Source: Camelus ferus (Eukaryota). Taken from it: DNA of 64,000 bases. The notes under the pieces were generated by a model, which searched no databases, was not told the origin of the DNA, and saw only the letters and a list, made by a program, of their open reading frames with translations. The stretch covers positions 53,260,001-53,324,000 of the forward strand of contig NC_045696.1 of NCBI RefSeq assembly GCF_009834535.1, written 5' to 3'. The position numbers were made by a program, and so were the translations under genes. This document shows positions 40,317-51,240 of the stretch, one piece after another (the stretch's first letter is position 1; the number at the start of each line of letters is the position of its first letter).

Positions 40317-42118
40317 TAGGCAATGATAAACAAGCTGACACCTCAGCTCATATTCTAGGGCTTTCCCCATTTTTCGTAATTGTTATAAACAAGTCAAAGT
40401 ATAGGATCCAACTGGTGTATTCAATTTATCTACTAAAGTTGTGACAAGGGGCTTATCACCACCATATGCTCAGCTTTGGGCTAAAACTTCCCTTTCTGCT
40501 TATTTCTGTCTCAGGCTATTCAGGCTATTCAGGTCTTTCTAAACTTCAAGTTTTGCCTTGGAATTAAGCAGACAGAAGCAGTCCACAAATAATGAATTTT
40601 AGTTTTTACTTGAGATCAGACCCCAGAAATTTGAGTTTTAGATTACACTGCCAGATCAATATAGACATCTACATAGTATGTAGTTAATAAAACTTTTCAT
40701 GAATAACGTGAGTGTCATCGTCTATTCATTCTCAGCTCTTAGATACCTGAACCATAACAAACAAAACTTTGTTTTCCCCTGCATGTTCTTACCTTGGTTT
40801 CCTTGAAATGATCTTTTTGCTACAGGTCATTTGGGATGCCCACAGCCCCTGTGTGAACAGCATTTCCCCTTGCATTGAGAGAAATTCCTTTTCTCTTCTG
40901 CAGCTTGCCTTCTCTAAGCTGGCCCACACCAACCAGTGTGTTTCAGCATTATCTAAAGCATTGAAGATTTTACATTCCCTCTTAACTGCCTCTTCTTTTT
41001 CAAAGACTGTCCAGATTGTAATGTTTTGGCCCTTCCAGGGCTAGATTGAGCCCTCAGCCTCTTACACTCCTTCTATTGCCCTTCTTCATAACCTCTCCTG
41101 CTAGCTATTCCTGTTGATAAACACCTATGTGTTGCTGACATAGTCCAAGATGGGAACTTTTTTTTTTAATGGTTCTTGGCCATTTCTAGAAGATCTGATC
41201 CCAGATGACTCTGTTAACCACATTAGCCAGCTAGTTTAAGTAATTTTTACCTAGGAGTCACTACTTCTCTCTTCCAGCTGTCCTCTGCTCTAATCCAACC
41301 TCATCTTAGTCACACACATTGACCCCCTGTCTTAGTGGTGTTCCTATGCTTATGAAGTGAGTGGCAAGGAAAGAAGGGCAAGTCACATATTTCCCTTAAA
41401 AGCTAACATCATTGATTTCAATGAAGGCATACAGGTCCCTCAAAATCTTGAAATAAATGAAGATTTTATTTCCAATGGGAAGCAGAATTTCCAAGGCTGA
41501 AAAAAATATCGGATATACAGTAGAAATAAACTGAAGATCAAATCATCATATTTCTACTTGCTTAGCCTCACCTCTCAGATAGCATCTTTTCCCTCTGTGG
41601 TTTCTGCTTTCTGAATTTCTCACAGTTTTTTTCTCTTCATATGCATACAACATGCAGAGTTTTAGGGTTCACGCACCACTGTTTGCCTCTGAGCTGAAGG
41701 TGCCAAAGAATGAATATAGAGGGATTTTGAACCCTCAATGATCAAAGCATTATTTGGGGACCACCACAGCAGAGCAACACTTCTATCTTGGTGATAAAAA
41801 TTTCTGCTTTCTCTCTATCAGCCAAAGAGAGGTTTAGAACCTCCAAACTCTGAAAGGAAATAGAGTGAAGAGAACACAAGCATGTCAAAAGACACTCTTC
41901 ACTTTTTCCATAGATCCCTTATCCCCACTTTCAATTGATTATCACAGGTTGAATAATTGGGGAGTGGGAAATTCTACTCTACCCACATTTGAACATTCAG
42001 ACATATCTCTGTAGAATCTTTATTTTGAATTTAACTATATAAGTAATGCTCGATCTCAATTTAATCAAGCAAATCATCTATGTAAGACATTTCGATTCAA
42101 TCATGATGAATTGCAAAC

Positions 42119-42178
42119 CTTAGACCGGCCACTATTCAGCAGAGCGGTTTCACCGTAAAGTCATGGTCTTTTGTACTC
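42119..42178 (-). other. Candidate 60-nt non-coding or poison exon
   Basis: Minus strand reads 'ctttcctttttacctactcag|GAGTAC...TCTAAG|gtttgc'. There is a stop in all three frames, and CpGs are retained in an AT-rich unique context. Confidence 0.25.
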
Positions 42179-42524
42179 CTGAGTAGGTAAAAAGGAAAGC
42201 AAGCCAACTTTCATCAGAATTTGATTCCTATTCTTAATTAGAATTAATCGAAAATTAATTTAAAAATTTTTCCTGGCTCTGTTCTGCCTCCCTTGGTAAC
42301 TGCTTAAAGAGTAAAAAGAATCACATTGTATAACATTTAATTGAATCCTAATTCCTTTGAACAGGAGAACACAGCCATCCCCCAATGGACTTCTGCTCTG
42401 AGTATCTCCCAACTCCTAGTGTCCTTAGATCCTCTGTTGTAAAATGATGCTAGAACACAGTGCAGCAATAGGGACCAGCCAGGTTGGGGCTCCATGAGCT
42501 TCTGAGCTAGGAGAGCAGCTCAAA

Positions 42525-42740
42525 GAGGAAGGATCATTGAACTTCATATTAGAAAAGCTGGGTTTAGTCCCTATTTTGCTTCTTCCTCAGTCATGTGACA
42601 TTTAACAATTTAAATCACTCATCTCAATTCTTTCATCTGCAAAATGAGGAAATCGATCATGATAGCATAGAGTTAACATGAGGAAAATGTATGTCAAAAA
42701 TTGACAATCTTGATGCAGTGAAAGAATATTAGTTGTTAAC
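42525..42740 (+). mobile_element. MIR fragment
   Basis: 'catgtgacatttaacaatttaaatcactcatctcaattctttcatctgcaaaatgagg'. Confidence 0.55.
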
Positions 42741-43019
42741 ATTAGCCTTCAAGATTTTCCATAGTGTCCTTGCTAAGTTCCTTTAACCCTCATCTACCCA
42801 AGGCTTTCCATGCCCCGGTTTTCAATGATATGGGGTTGGGGGTGGGGTAGTGTTCACTGAAGCCAAGCAGCAGAAAGCAAGAGTTCAAGGACCTACATGG
42901 AACTTGAAGCTACCACTCTTGGTGAAAAAGGAAAAGAGAAAGGTAGCAACTGGCTGATAAAGAACTTCTGGTCCCTCAGCTTCCAGTTTTCTTTAGGTCT
43001 GTCCAAATCTGCTTTTTGT

Positions 43020-43163
43020 GCTTTATTGTGCAAACAAATCACTGGGGAACCTTGTTAAAATCCAGATTTTGATGTAGTAGGTTTGGCTAGAGGAGTTGCA
43101 TTTCCTACAAGCTCCAGCCAAGGCCAATGCTGAGGGCTGTGGATAACACTTGGAGTAACAAGA
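43020..43163. mobile_element. MER5A1/MER5B-like hAT relic
   Basis: 'aatcactggggaaccttgttaaaatccagattttgatgtagtaggtttgg...ttgcatttcctacaagctcc...cacttggagtaacaag'. Confidence 0.6.
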
Positions 43164-43189
43164 TCCTACACTACCCTCTGTGATTTGTT

Positions 43190-43570
43190 GCCTGCCTCTC
43201 CCACCACATGTCCTGAAAATTACCTTCTAGGAAGACCAAACTGTTGTTTCCAGGCATACTCTAGTGGTTTCTTACTCTATACTTTAGCTCATCCTAATTT
43301 CTATGTTTAGAATGTTCTTTTTACATTTCTTTTAGTCTCTACCAAAAGATTATCATCTCCAGGATTTTGTCCTGTATACCTCCAATCTTACTCGTTGTCT
43401 GGTTCTCCATTCTATGGTACCTTCATATCAAGGTTTACATTTATGTGGCTATTCCTTCCCACTAGACCCTGAAGTTGTCAAGAACAAGAACTCCATCTGA
43501 GTTTCTATAGCACTCAGCTTTAGCACTCATTGTGGTATACAAGAGAACCTTGTAAATATTTCCTCAACTA
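43190..43570 (+). mobile_element. L2 3' fragment
   Basis: 'ccttcccactagaccctgaagttgtcaagaacaagaac...cttagcactcattgtggtatacaagagaaccttgtaaatattt'. Confidence 0.55.
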
Positions 43571-45109
43571 AGCAGGGAATAAAGAACACACTGAATTTTA
43601 GAGCCACACCTGACTGACCAGGGAGTTGTGGATCAGGTAGTATGTCACTCCCTATTTGCAGCTTCTTACTATGAAATAACACCCAGTCAGCAATGCATGT
43701 GACTGTGACAGATGTCGACAAAAAGAAAAAAACAAGAAAATGTGTCTTTAAAAAGTTTAACTGGCAGAGTGGATTAGGTTAGTGTCTGTGTGATATGCCT
43801 AGAGGACATCAGTGAGTCTCTCACACCTATCCTATTTGTGCTGAGACCTTACAAAGGTCAGGACACTTGAGGTATGGTTGTGCAGCCAGGTTCCATCAGT
43901 TACTCAGTTCTGTTCCTTATTTCTGGGGCACTGATTCCCTCACCTCCCTTCATCTCGTATTTTCCTTTCCAATGCTTTCTCGATGGTCCTCTTGATGCTT
44001 ATTAGCCGAGAATCAAAGGGTCCAGGCCTACTTCTCTGTTCTCATCTGCCTTTCTCAAAGCTGGGTAGAAGGAAAAGTGATAATCTATCAAACAAAGGAA
44101 GTGGTCTCTCACAGTCACTGGGGCACTAAAGAGATGCCAGACCGAGGATAGTTCCCTTCATCACATTTCCTCTTTGTCCATTAGGAATTTCAGCTACTCT
44201 TCTCTGGCCTGAGAGATCTTTCCTGCAAGCTTGACACTACTAATGGAAAATGAGATTTAAAATTCCTCACTGATATATAATAGACATAAGATTGAGAAGA
44301 GATGTAGAGGTGTATTTGTGTTTCTACTGTGACTTCTAAATAGCACATTCTATTCCCAGAATACGAAAGAAACTCAAATTTGAGATTAACATTATAGGTG
44401 ATCTATTTTGGCATTATGTGTCTAATATGCTTTTGTAATCATTAATTATTAGGATTGTCATGTAAAATAAGAACCATTTGTTAACATTTAATATACTGAA
44501 CATGCAGGGAATCAGAAGTAATAAATGAAGGTGGTTAGGATCTAATGAGAAGAGCTGAAGAGTGACGGAGGCATCGCCATTACTACCTTGTCAACAGAGA
44601 AGACCCATCTGCACGCCAACACAGCCAAGCAAAGTGGGGAAGCGATGATGCTGTTACTCATGGCCAAGAAAGTAAGCTAACTGTCTTTCTTCAAAGATAG
44701 CCCAAGTTCATCTGATTAAGATATTTTATTTTAAAAACTAATACATATTTTCCATATGCTTATTGTGGAAAATTAAGAGTATATTATTCTTACTATTTAA
44801 GATTGAAGTCAACCTACTTGACTCTACAATATAGGACTACAGCTTGATGTATGTAGAAATAAAAGCAAATGAGTTTTAATTTCCAAATCTTTATAATGCA
44901 GAATTTCATTGTCATCAAGATGGTTTCATAATTATGAATAATGTAAAATGTCACCCAATTCAGAGTAATGCGGGCAAGGAACTTCTGGCTTACAAAAATG
45001 TATGAATTATAGGGTAGTTCTCAATCAGCATAGACTATTGCATGTAGGTAGAATTTAATACATATTATGAACTTGTCTGTTTAATTAATAATTAGAAATA
45101 TGTATCTAA

Positions 45110-45270
45110 CTTTAATAAGCTCTATGCTAATAACTGAATGTACATTTTCTAATTTAGTTCTCATAACATCCCAATGAATTTGATTCATCTCTTATTCCTA
45201 TTTTAGGGTTAAAGAAACTAAAGCACAGTCACCCAAGGCGTATCAGCTGTAAGTGAAGAAATCGACACAC
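45110..45270 (-). mobile_element. MIR fragment
   Basis: 'atttagttctcataacatcccaatga...ttattcctattttagggttaaagaaactaaagcacag...cccaaggcgtatcagctgtaagtg'. Confidence 0.55.
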
Positions 45271-46449
45271 AATGTTATTTAACACATTTTTTTCCCAAGA
45301 ATATTGTTATATCAAAATAATTCTAGTTGTTTCTGGCTTAGTGAAATTCATTGAGATTAAAATAGATTTCACTATTAAGAATAAGACTAAAAAGTGTTAG
45401 CAGAAAAAAACATTTTTAATAAATATGACTTCTGGATTTTGGCTTCTTCATCTAAAAAGTAAATGTTTTAGCCAAATCTAAAATTCTGTGGTGCTATATA
45501 TGCAAATGCTTAACTATCAAAGAAAAAAAGTCACAAATGTAGTGGTGTCCAAATTTTCAAGAATCAACAACAATTCTGCCAGCACCAAGTGTTCATACAT
45601 TTTCCAAATATTATGGAGGAGGACTCTACGACTTAATGGCAAAGACTAGACTAGAACAAATAAACCATTTAACTTCACTTCAAATGTTAGATGGCATTAC
45701 ATCTAAATACTTTTCCAATCACCTCCATTTTATTTTCAGTGATTTATTTGGTGGTGGTGGGGGCAATTAGTGTTGTGCATAATAAATGAGCAGTAAGAAT
45801 CTGGTTAACTTATTTACAATGATACTTTTTTATATAATATAAAGCCTATTTGCATTGAATTAAACAAAATTCTGAATGTCAATTCCTAACACAGTGCCTG
45901 GCACATACCAGGTACTGAGTAGTTACTACTCTCCATTTCTTTTTACTGTATCACTCTTACAAGCAATTTAGCCAAAAGGGCTATTAACTCACATGCACAG
46001 TGATCATTTATTAAAGCACATCACACAGTTAATTCGATATCTGTTAGGTGTTTACATTGATTAGAATGTTATACAGCCTCTATTGGCTCTTCCAGGGCTG
46101 AAGAAATTTAGTAGTCATTTGGACAAGCAATTTTCCTGGGTTCAAATATAGAAAATGGTCTCTAACTTTTATTCAAAAACCAAAGAGTCATTTTTACTGT
46201 ATTCAGCACTATAGGTAGCCCTGTCCTTTAGAATGTTTGCTGACCTAATGGCTAATTAATATCAAAGAAGACGCTGACTACTTCATAAAGGTCAAACACT
46301 TAACACCATCAAACTTCAAAAGACCCTCCTAGGGCCCGTAGGTCCCCTTGAGGGACAAGGACAGAGAAAGAGTGTGTGCTTGTTAATAAAGACTTTTGCA
46401 ACACCCTTGCTGGCTCCCCCAACATTGGCAATGTCAGGATCTAGGTTAA

Positions 46450-46635
46450 TACCTCTTCAACTTGAGTGTCTTTCAGAGTCATTGAGAAACTTGTTATTAA
46501 TTGTGATTCAGGGTCCCACCCCTAGATTTTCTGACTCAGCAGATCTAAGGTGGGTTCTAGATATGTTCATTTTTCATAACACTCCTAAGGGATTTGGATG
46601 CAGACTGTTCAAGAAATACACTTTTGAAGATACAG
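46450..46635. mobile_element. MER5-like hAT relic
   Basis: 'gattcagggtcccacccctagattttctgactcagcagatctaaggtgggttctagatatgttcatttttcataacactcctaagggatttggatgca'. Confidence 0.68.
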
Positions 46636-46799
46636 ATAGTTGGACCCAGTATAAAATAACCAAAAAAGAGAAAAAGGAAGGAAAAATGTTACCTGGTTGC
46701 CTCTTACCCTCCACAACTTTACTCCACTCCTACAGAGGCTATAACATGGTTTTCATTGGTTTTTGCTTGTTTTATCTACTTTTTCTAAAAACTCTCACC

Positions 46800-47150
46800 A
46801 CTGTGAAGGATTTGAAGAACATGCTTCTAACTGATCATATCTCTTTAAGCTCCTTCAGATATAGTTATGAGGCAGTGGCTGAGATTTTGGAAGACTGTGG
46901 TCCAGTAAGCTTAGCAAGCTGAGTTTGACGTTCCTGCCCAATGGATGAATGCTGTGGGGTTCTCTTCACAGTCTCTGCAGTTGAATTGCAGGTCAATCTC
47001 CTTGGTAACCAGGCCCTTGCTCAAGATAACTACCAAGTGACCTCCAGCCTTAAAGCTACAGAAAGCTCTTCTTGCAAGCACTCTTTCCTCAAATCTCTTC
47101 ATCCTCCCCAGCAGGTCCTTTATAGTCTCTTCTCTCCCTCTCCATGCATG
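46800..47150 (+). mobile_element. Possible ancient L2-clade ORF2 internal remnant
   Basis: Translated pieces 'TDHISLSSF' (like the endonuclease-terminal SDH motif) and 'YQVTSSLKATESSSCKHSFLKSLHPPQQVLYSLFS' loosely resemble L2 ORF2. The match is frameshifted and judged by eye only. Confidence 0.3.
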
Positions 47151-47864
47151 GATAGTAGATGTGTGAGACTCCCGACAATCTGAAGACTGGGCACCAGGAA
47201 GGTAAAACAGAAGCATCCTTTCTCTTTCATTTTTAGTTGAAGCAGTGCTCAGATTCCCTCTGGGAGGACTGGTTGCTGATGCAGCTGTGAGATACGATGT
47301 CTAAGGGGGGAAAGAGTTAATAGATTTTATCAGCCATTTCTCCTGAGGTATAGACTGCCACACTCCTCTGGTTCTAAACCTCAGGGAAAAAAATGCTGAA
47401 GGAAGCTGGCAAGGCTCTTTGAAGATGTTTTCATTGGAGTTGGAGCTGCTGCAGTGGCACCCCTAAGGGGCACTTGTGCACATACCAAGTTATAAATATG
47501 CAAATCAAATCACTGGGTGCTTCTGGCCCAACCATTCACAGTAGAGTGATTATCAACTGACAGCTTTAAGTTGGTACACCCCTTGCTGTGATCGCTTCAG
47601 CACAGATTATGCTTAAAGTCCTGTCATCCATCCCTGATGAGATGGGGAAAGGAGCTCCCAGGATTCCTTCTGCAAATGTAGAGGTGGTATTTTGTAGGGC
47701 TTCAGGGGCCTCTCCAAGGCAGGGAGGAGAGGTGAGAATGACAAACAAGCAGCCATAATAGCAGAGGTCAAGGAGTTCACCAGGTTGGGACAGCCCTACC
47801 AAGAGTGGGTCTGGCTGCCAGCTTTTGGGAACATCTCCACCTACAGAGGCTGTGCAAGTAAATG

Positions 47865-48040
47865 TTAGTGCTTAGTTAGGCCTGCTGTCTAAGAATCACC
47901 AGAAGTTTGGTAGAACTACAGATTCCCAAGCTCATCTCCCTGAGATTTTGTTTCAGAATACTTGGAGTAGAGTCCAAAACTTGATAGGTTTATTGTGCTT
48001 CCCAATGATGATGACTTGCAGCCCTTGTTCAGAATCACAG
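47865..48040. mobile_element. MER5-like hAT relic
   Basis: 'aagaatcaccagaagtttggtagaactacagattcccaagctc...tgagattttgtttcagaatacttggagtagagtcca...ttcagaatcacag'. Confidence 0.55.
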
Positions 48041-48099
48041 TAAAGAAACCAAAGCCACAAGAGAGTTCTTCAAGAATCCACATCAAATTTGAATTATAA

Positions 48100-48582
48100 A
48101 AGTTTTAAACATGTCTGAAAATTGATACTTCCCAAGGAGAAGTGGGGTCTACATCCTCTCCCCTTAAACCCAGGCTAACTTAGGGAACAGTTGACCAATA
48201 GAGCACAGAGGGATTGACACAAATGATCTCCCAAGTGTAGATCCAAAAAAGATGATACAATTTCTTTCTGATTCCCTAAGACACTTGTCTTCAGAGCCTT
48301 GATCCACCAGGTGACAAGTCTCAGGCTGTCATGCTCCACAGAAAGGCATCATTATAGGCGCTTTGGATGACTGTCCCAGCTGAGGAACCAGTCAATAGCC
48401 AGCATCAGCGGCCATATACCTAGGTGAAGATGTCTCCAGATATGGAGTCACTCCAAGCCATTGAGTCCCCACAGCTTTGCGTCTTCCCAGTTAAGTCCCA
48501 GATATCATGAAGCAGAAAAAAGCGGTCCTCGTGAGGCCCCATCCACCCATCCAAATTCTTGACCCACAGAGTCTTGAGCATT
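48100..48582 (+). mobile_element. MaLR solo LTR (MLT1G/H-like)
   Basis: 'agaagtggggtctacatcctctccccttaaacc', 'ttgaccaatagag', 'cccagctgag...gccagcatca', 'ccagatatcatgaagcaga' and 'ccaaattcttgacccacagagtcttgagca'. Confidence 0.72.
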
Positions 48583-49327
48583 GTGGGGTAGAACATGCCT
48601 CATGACCAGAAATCATGCAAGGTACTGTGGGTGGAACAAGGATTAGAGAATCAGATCCTTCCGGCTTTGTCATTCAGTTAAAACCTGTGTGACTTTGGTA
48701 ATCTGCTCATGCTCTCAGAAGACCAGATTTACAGAAATGTAAATTGGAGAGAAGAGCATATCTCAGTGTTGTGGTAGATTAAAAGCAGCAATGTGTAAGA
48801 ATGTGCCTGGTATAATGCCTATAGCATAGAGAGGATTTAATAATTATTGCTACTATCTTTGTTATTGCTATAACTAAATATCAAAGATCCCTAGATATTT
48901 CAGTGGAGGTCAAAGCCATTAATCCTAAAGATTGAGGGAAATCAACAGAATACATCCAAGTCACGGCAGATAGATCTTATGATAGAAAAAAGGATTCCAG
49001 AATCTGTCCTTCCCAATACACTCCTTGTACAGACGAGACATTGCATTGAAATATTTTTTCCAGATCAGTGTACCCAACATTTTCCAACATGAGAACTTTT
49101 TTTTTTAAATGTTATAATGACCACTGGAAACTCATATGATAGCAGTATTCATGTTAGGAAAAAAAAATGTATATTTTGTTACTAACCATAACTTCTACAT
49201 ATATATTTAAAATAGTAGTGTATATCTGCCACATAGCCTACAGATAATACTCTGCAAATAGAGAACCAAGACTCTATCAGAATAATTGTCTTCACTGCTC
49301 AGTAAAGCTTAGAACCCTGGAATTCTT

Positions 49328-50050
49328 TTTTTTTAAACATTTTTTATTGATTTATAATCATTTTACAATGTTGTGTCAAATTCCAGTGTTCATCACAATT
49401 TTTCAGTTATACATGAACATATATACATTCATTGTCACATTTTTTTCTCTGTGAGCTACCATAAGATTTTGTGTATATTTCCCTGTGCTATACAGTATAA
49501 TCTTGTTCATCTATTCTACAATTTTGAAATCCCATCTATCCCTTCCCACCCTCCGCCCCCTTGGCAACCACAAGTTTGTATTCTATGTCTATGAGTCTAT
49601 TTCTGTTTTGTATTTATGCTTTGTTTCTGTTTTTGTTTTTGTTTTTTAGATTCCACATATGAGCAATCTCATATGGTATTTTTCTTTCTCTTTCTGGCTT
49701 ACTTCACTTAGAATGACATTCTCCAGGAGCATCCATGTTGCTGCAAATGGCGTTATGTTGTCAGTTTTTATGGCTGAGTAGTATTCCATTGTATAAATAT
49801 ACCACATCTTCTTTATCCAGTCACTTGTTGATGGACATTTAGGCTGTTTCCATGTTTTGACTATTGTAAATAGTGCTGCTATGAACATTGGAGTGCAGGT
49901 ATCATCCTGAAGTAGGGTTCCTTCTGGATTTAAGCCCAGGAGTGGGATTCCTGGGTCATATGGTAAGTCTATTCCTAGTCTTTTGAGGAATCTCCACACT
50001 GTTTTCCATAGTGGCTGCACCAAACTGCATTCCCACCAGCAGTGTAGGAG
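49328..50050 (-). mobile_element. Young 5'-truncated L1 (723 bp) with perfect 17-bp TSD
   Basis: Identical 'agaaccctggaattctt' at 49311-49327 and 50051-50067. A T-tract (the poly-A tail) is at the left end, followed by L1 3' UTR and the ORF2 end. The nick context TTCTT|AT resembles the L1 endonuclease consensus. Confidence 0.95.
49646..50050 (-). pseudogene. L1 ORF2p C-terminal fragment (134 codons plus stop, uninterrupted)
   Basis: The frame reads [23 protein letters not shown]...YDPGIPLLG...CTPMFIAALFTIVKTWKQPKCPS...WIKKMWYIYTMEYYSAIK, the canonical L1 ORF2p C-terminus. The endonuclease and RT domains are absent. Confidence 0.93.
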
Positions 50051-50699
50051 AGAACCCTGGAATTCTTATGGCGAGTCAACATCCTTTTTCAATTCCCCAA
50101 GTCTAGACTCTCCAAAAGTCATCCTACATAAGCACACCCAATTAGGAAGTCTTTGGCTCTTCCAACTTAACAGAAGGGAAATATTTCTGATAAGCTCTGT
50201 GTACATCACCAGTCCTCCTATAAGAGGAGAAGGTGATGTGATTACTTATGTGGCATATGGAGGAAAGAGAAGCTAAACAATCCTTTAGGAATCCAGATGG
50301 CCTCCAAGTAACAGAGATAACGACATTAAACAATTTGAACAGTGATTTTTATTTTAACAAGTCCAAATCATGCATAGGTAAAATATAGTCTCCATGAAAA
50401 TACATATTAGCAAACTCTCAAGAATCTCCATTAAGAAAATAATTGCAATTAATTCACATAACTCAAAATGAAAAGGAGTAGAAAGAACATCCTTGTTATG
50501 TATGAAAATAGTGCTAAATAGTATTTTTCTTGTTGGGGTATTCTTAGCTCAGGTCCTAATAAATCTCTTTAAAAATGACCTGGAAGAAGGGTTATTTTCA
50601 TTATGCTAATGATCTCCTGGGTAAGAAAAAAGTAGAAATAGCTCATTAATGGGACTTGCAGGTGATAATAAGTTAAGATGTATGGCAGGCACCACTGAA

Positions 50700-51240
50700 G
50701 TTCCTAAAATGTTATATAAATGGACCTAGGGAGGGTAGGGATATGACTCAAAGATAACAAAATGAGACTCAGCTTAGAAAAATGAAAACCAATACATCTT
50801 GAACACAATAATTCAATGGACAGGAGAAACCTGGAGAGTAGTAACCCTGATGGAGACCTAGAGCTAATAATAGAGGACAAATGAGATATCAGCTTGCAAT
50901 AGGATACGGCTGCCAAAAGGGCTGATGCTATTTTGAACTGAATGCAATGATCCATTATGTTGGGGCAGAAGAAAACACAGAGAAATGATTCCCACCCTCC
51001 TTGATTCTGGTTAGGCTAACCTACAGCGCGAGGCCTCTCGTCACTTGAAATACGTTGAGAAATTGGGGGAAGTACAGAGGATAGCACAAAATGACTGAAG
51101 AAATCAAATGATGTGTTTGTGGGAAAAAATTAAACCAACTACATGTGTATTGTCTGGATAAGTAGTAAACAGAGCTAGGACTGCACCAAGTCAGTACTTG
51201 AAAGGTATAATTCCCTCAGGTGAAAGGGCTATGTAAATGT
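50700..51240 (+). mobile_element. CR1/L3 LINE fragment
   Basis: 'gagacctagag...gatacggctgccaaaagggctgatgctattttgaactg...ctggttaggctaacct...gttgagaaattggggaaagtacagaggatagc' follows the order of CR1/L3 RT-end blocks. Confidence 0.65.

Noticed and set aside
42832..42850. G-quadruplex
   Set aside because: There are only three G-runs, so it lacks a canonical four-tract motif.
44508..44671. Plus-strand exon ending at AAA|gtaagc
   Set aside because: The acceptor lacks a pyrimidine tract and there is no other support.
46374..46922. Longest ORF in the track (182 aa, +)
   Set aside because: It begins at a GTG, runs through a MER5-like relic and low-complexity A/T tracts, and resembles no protein family. 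It is most likely a chance ORF.
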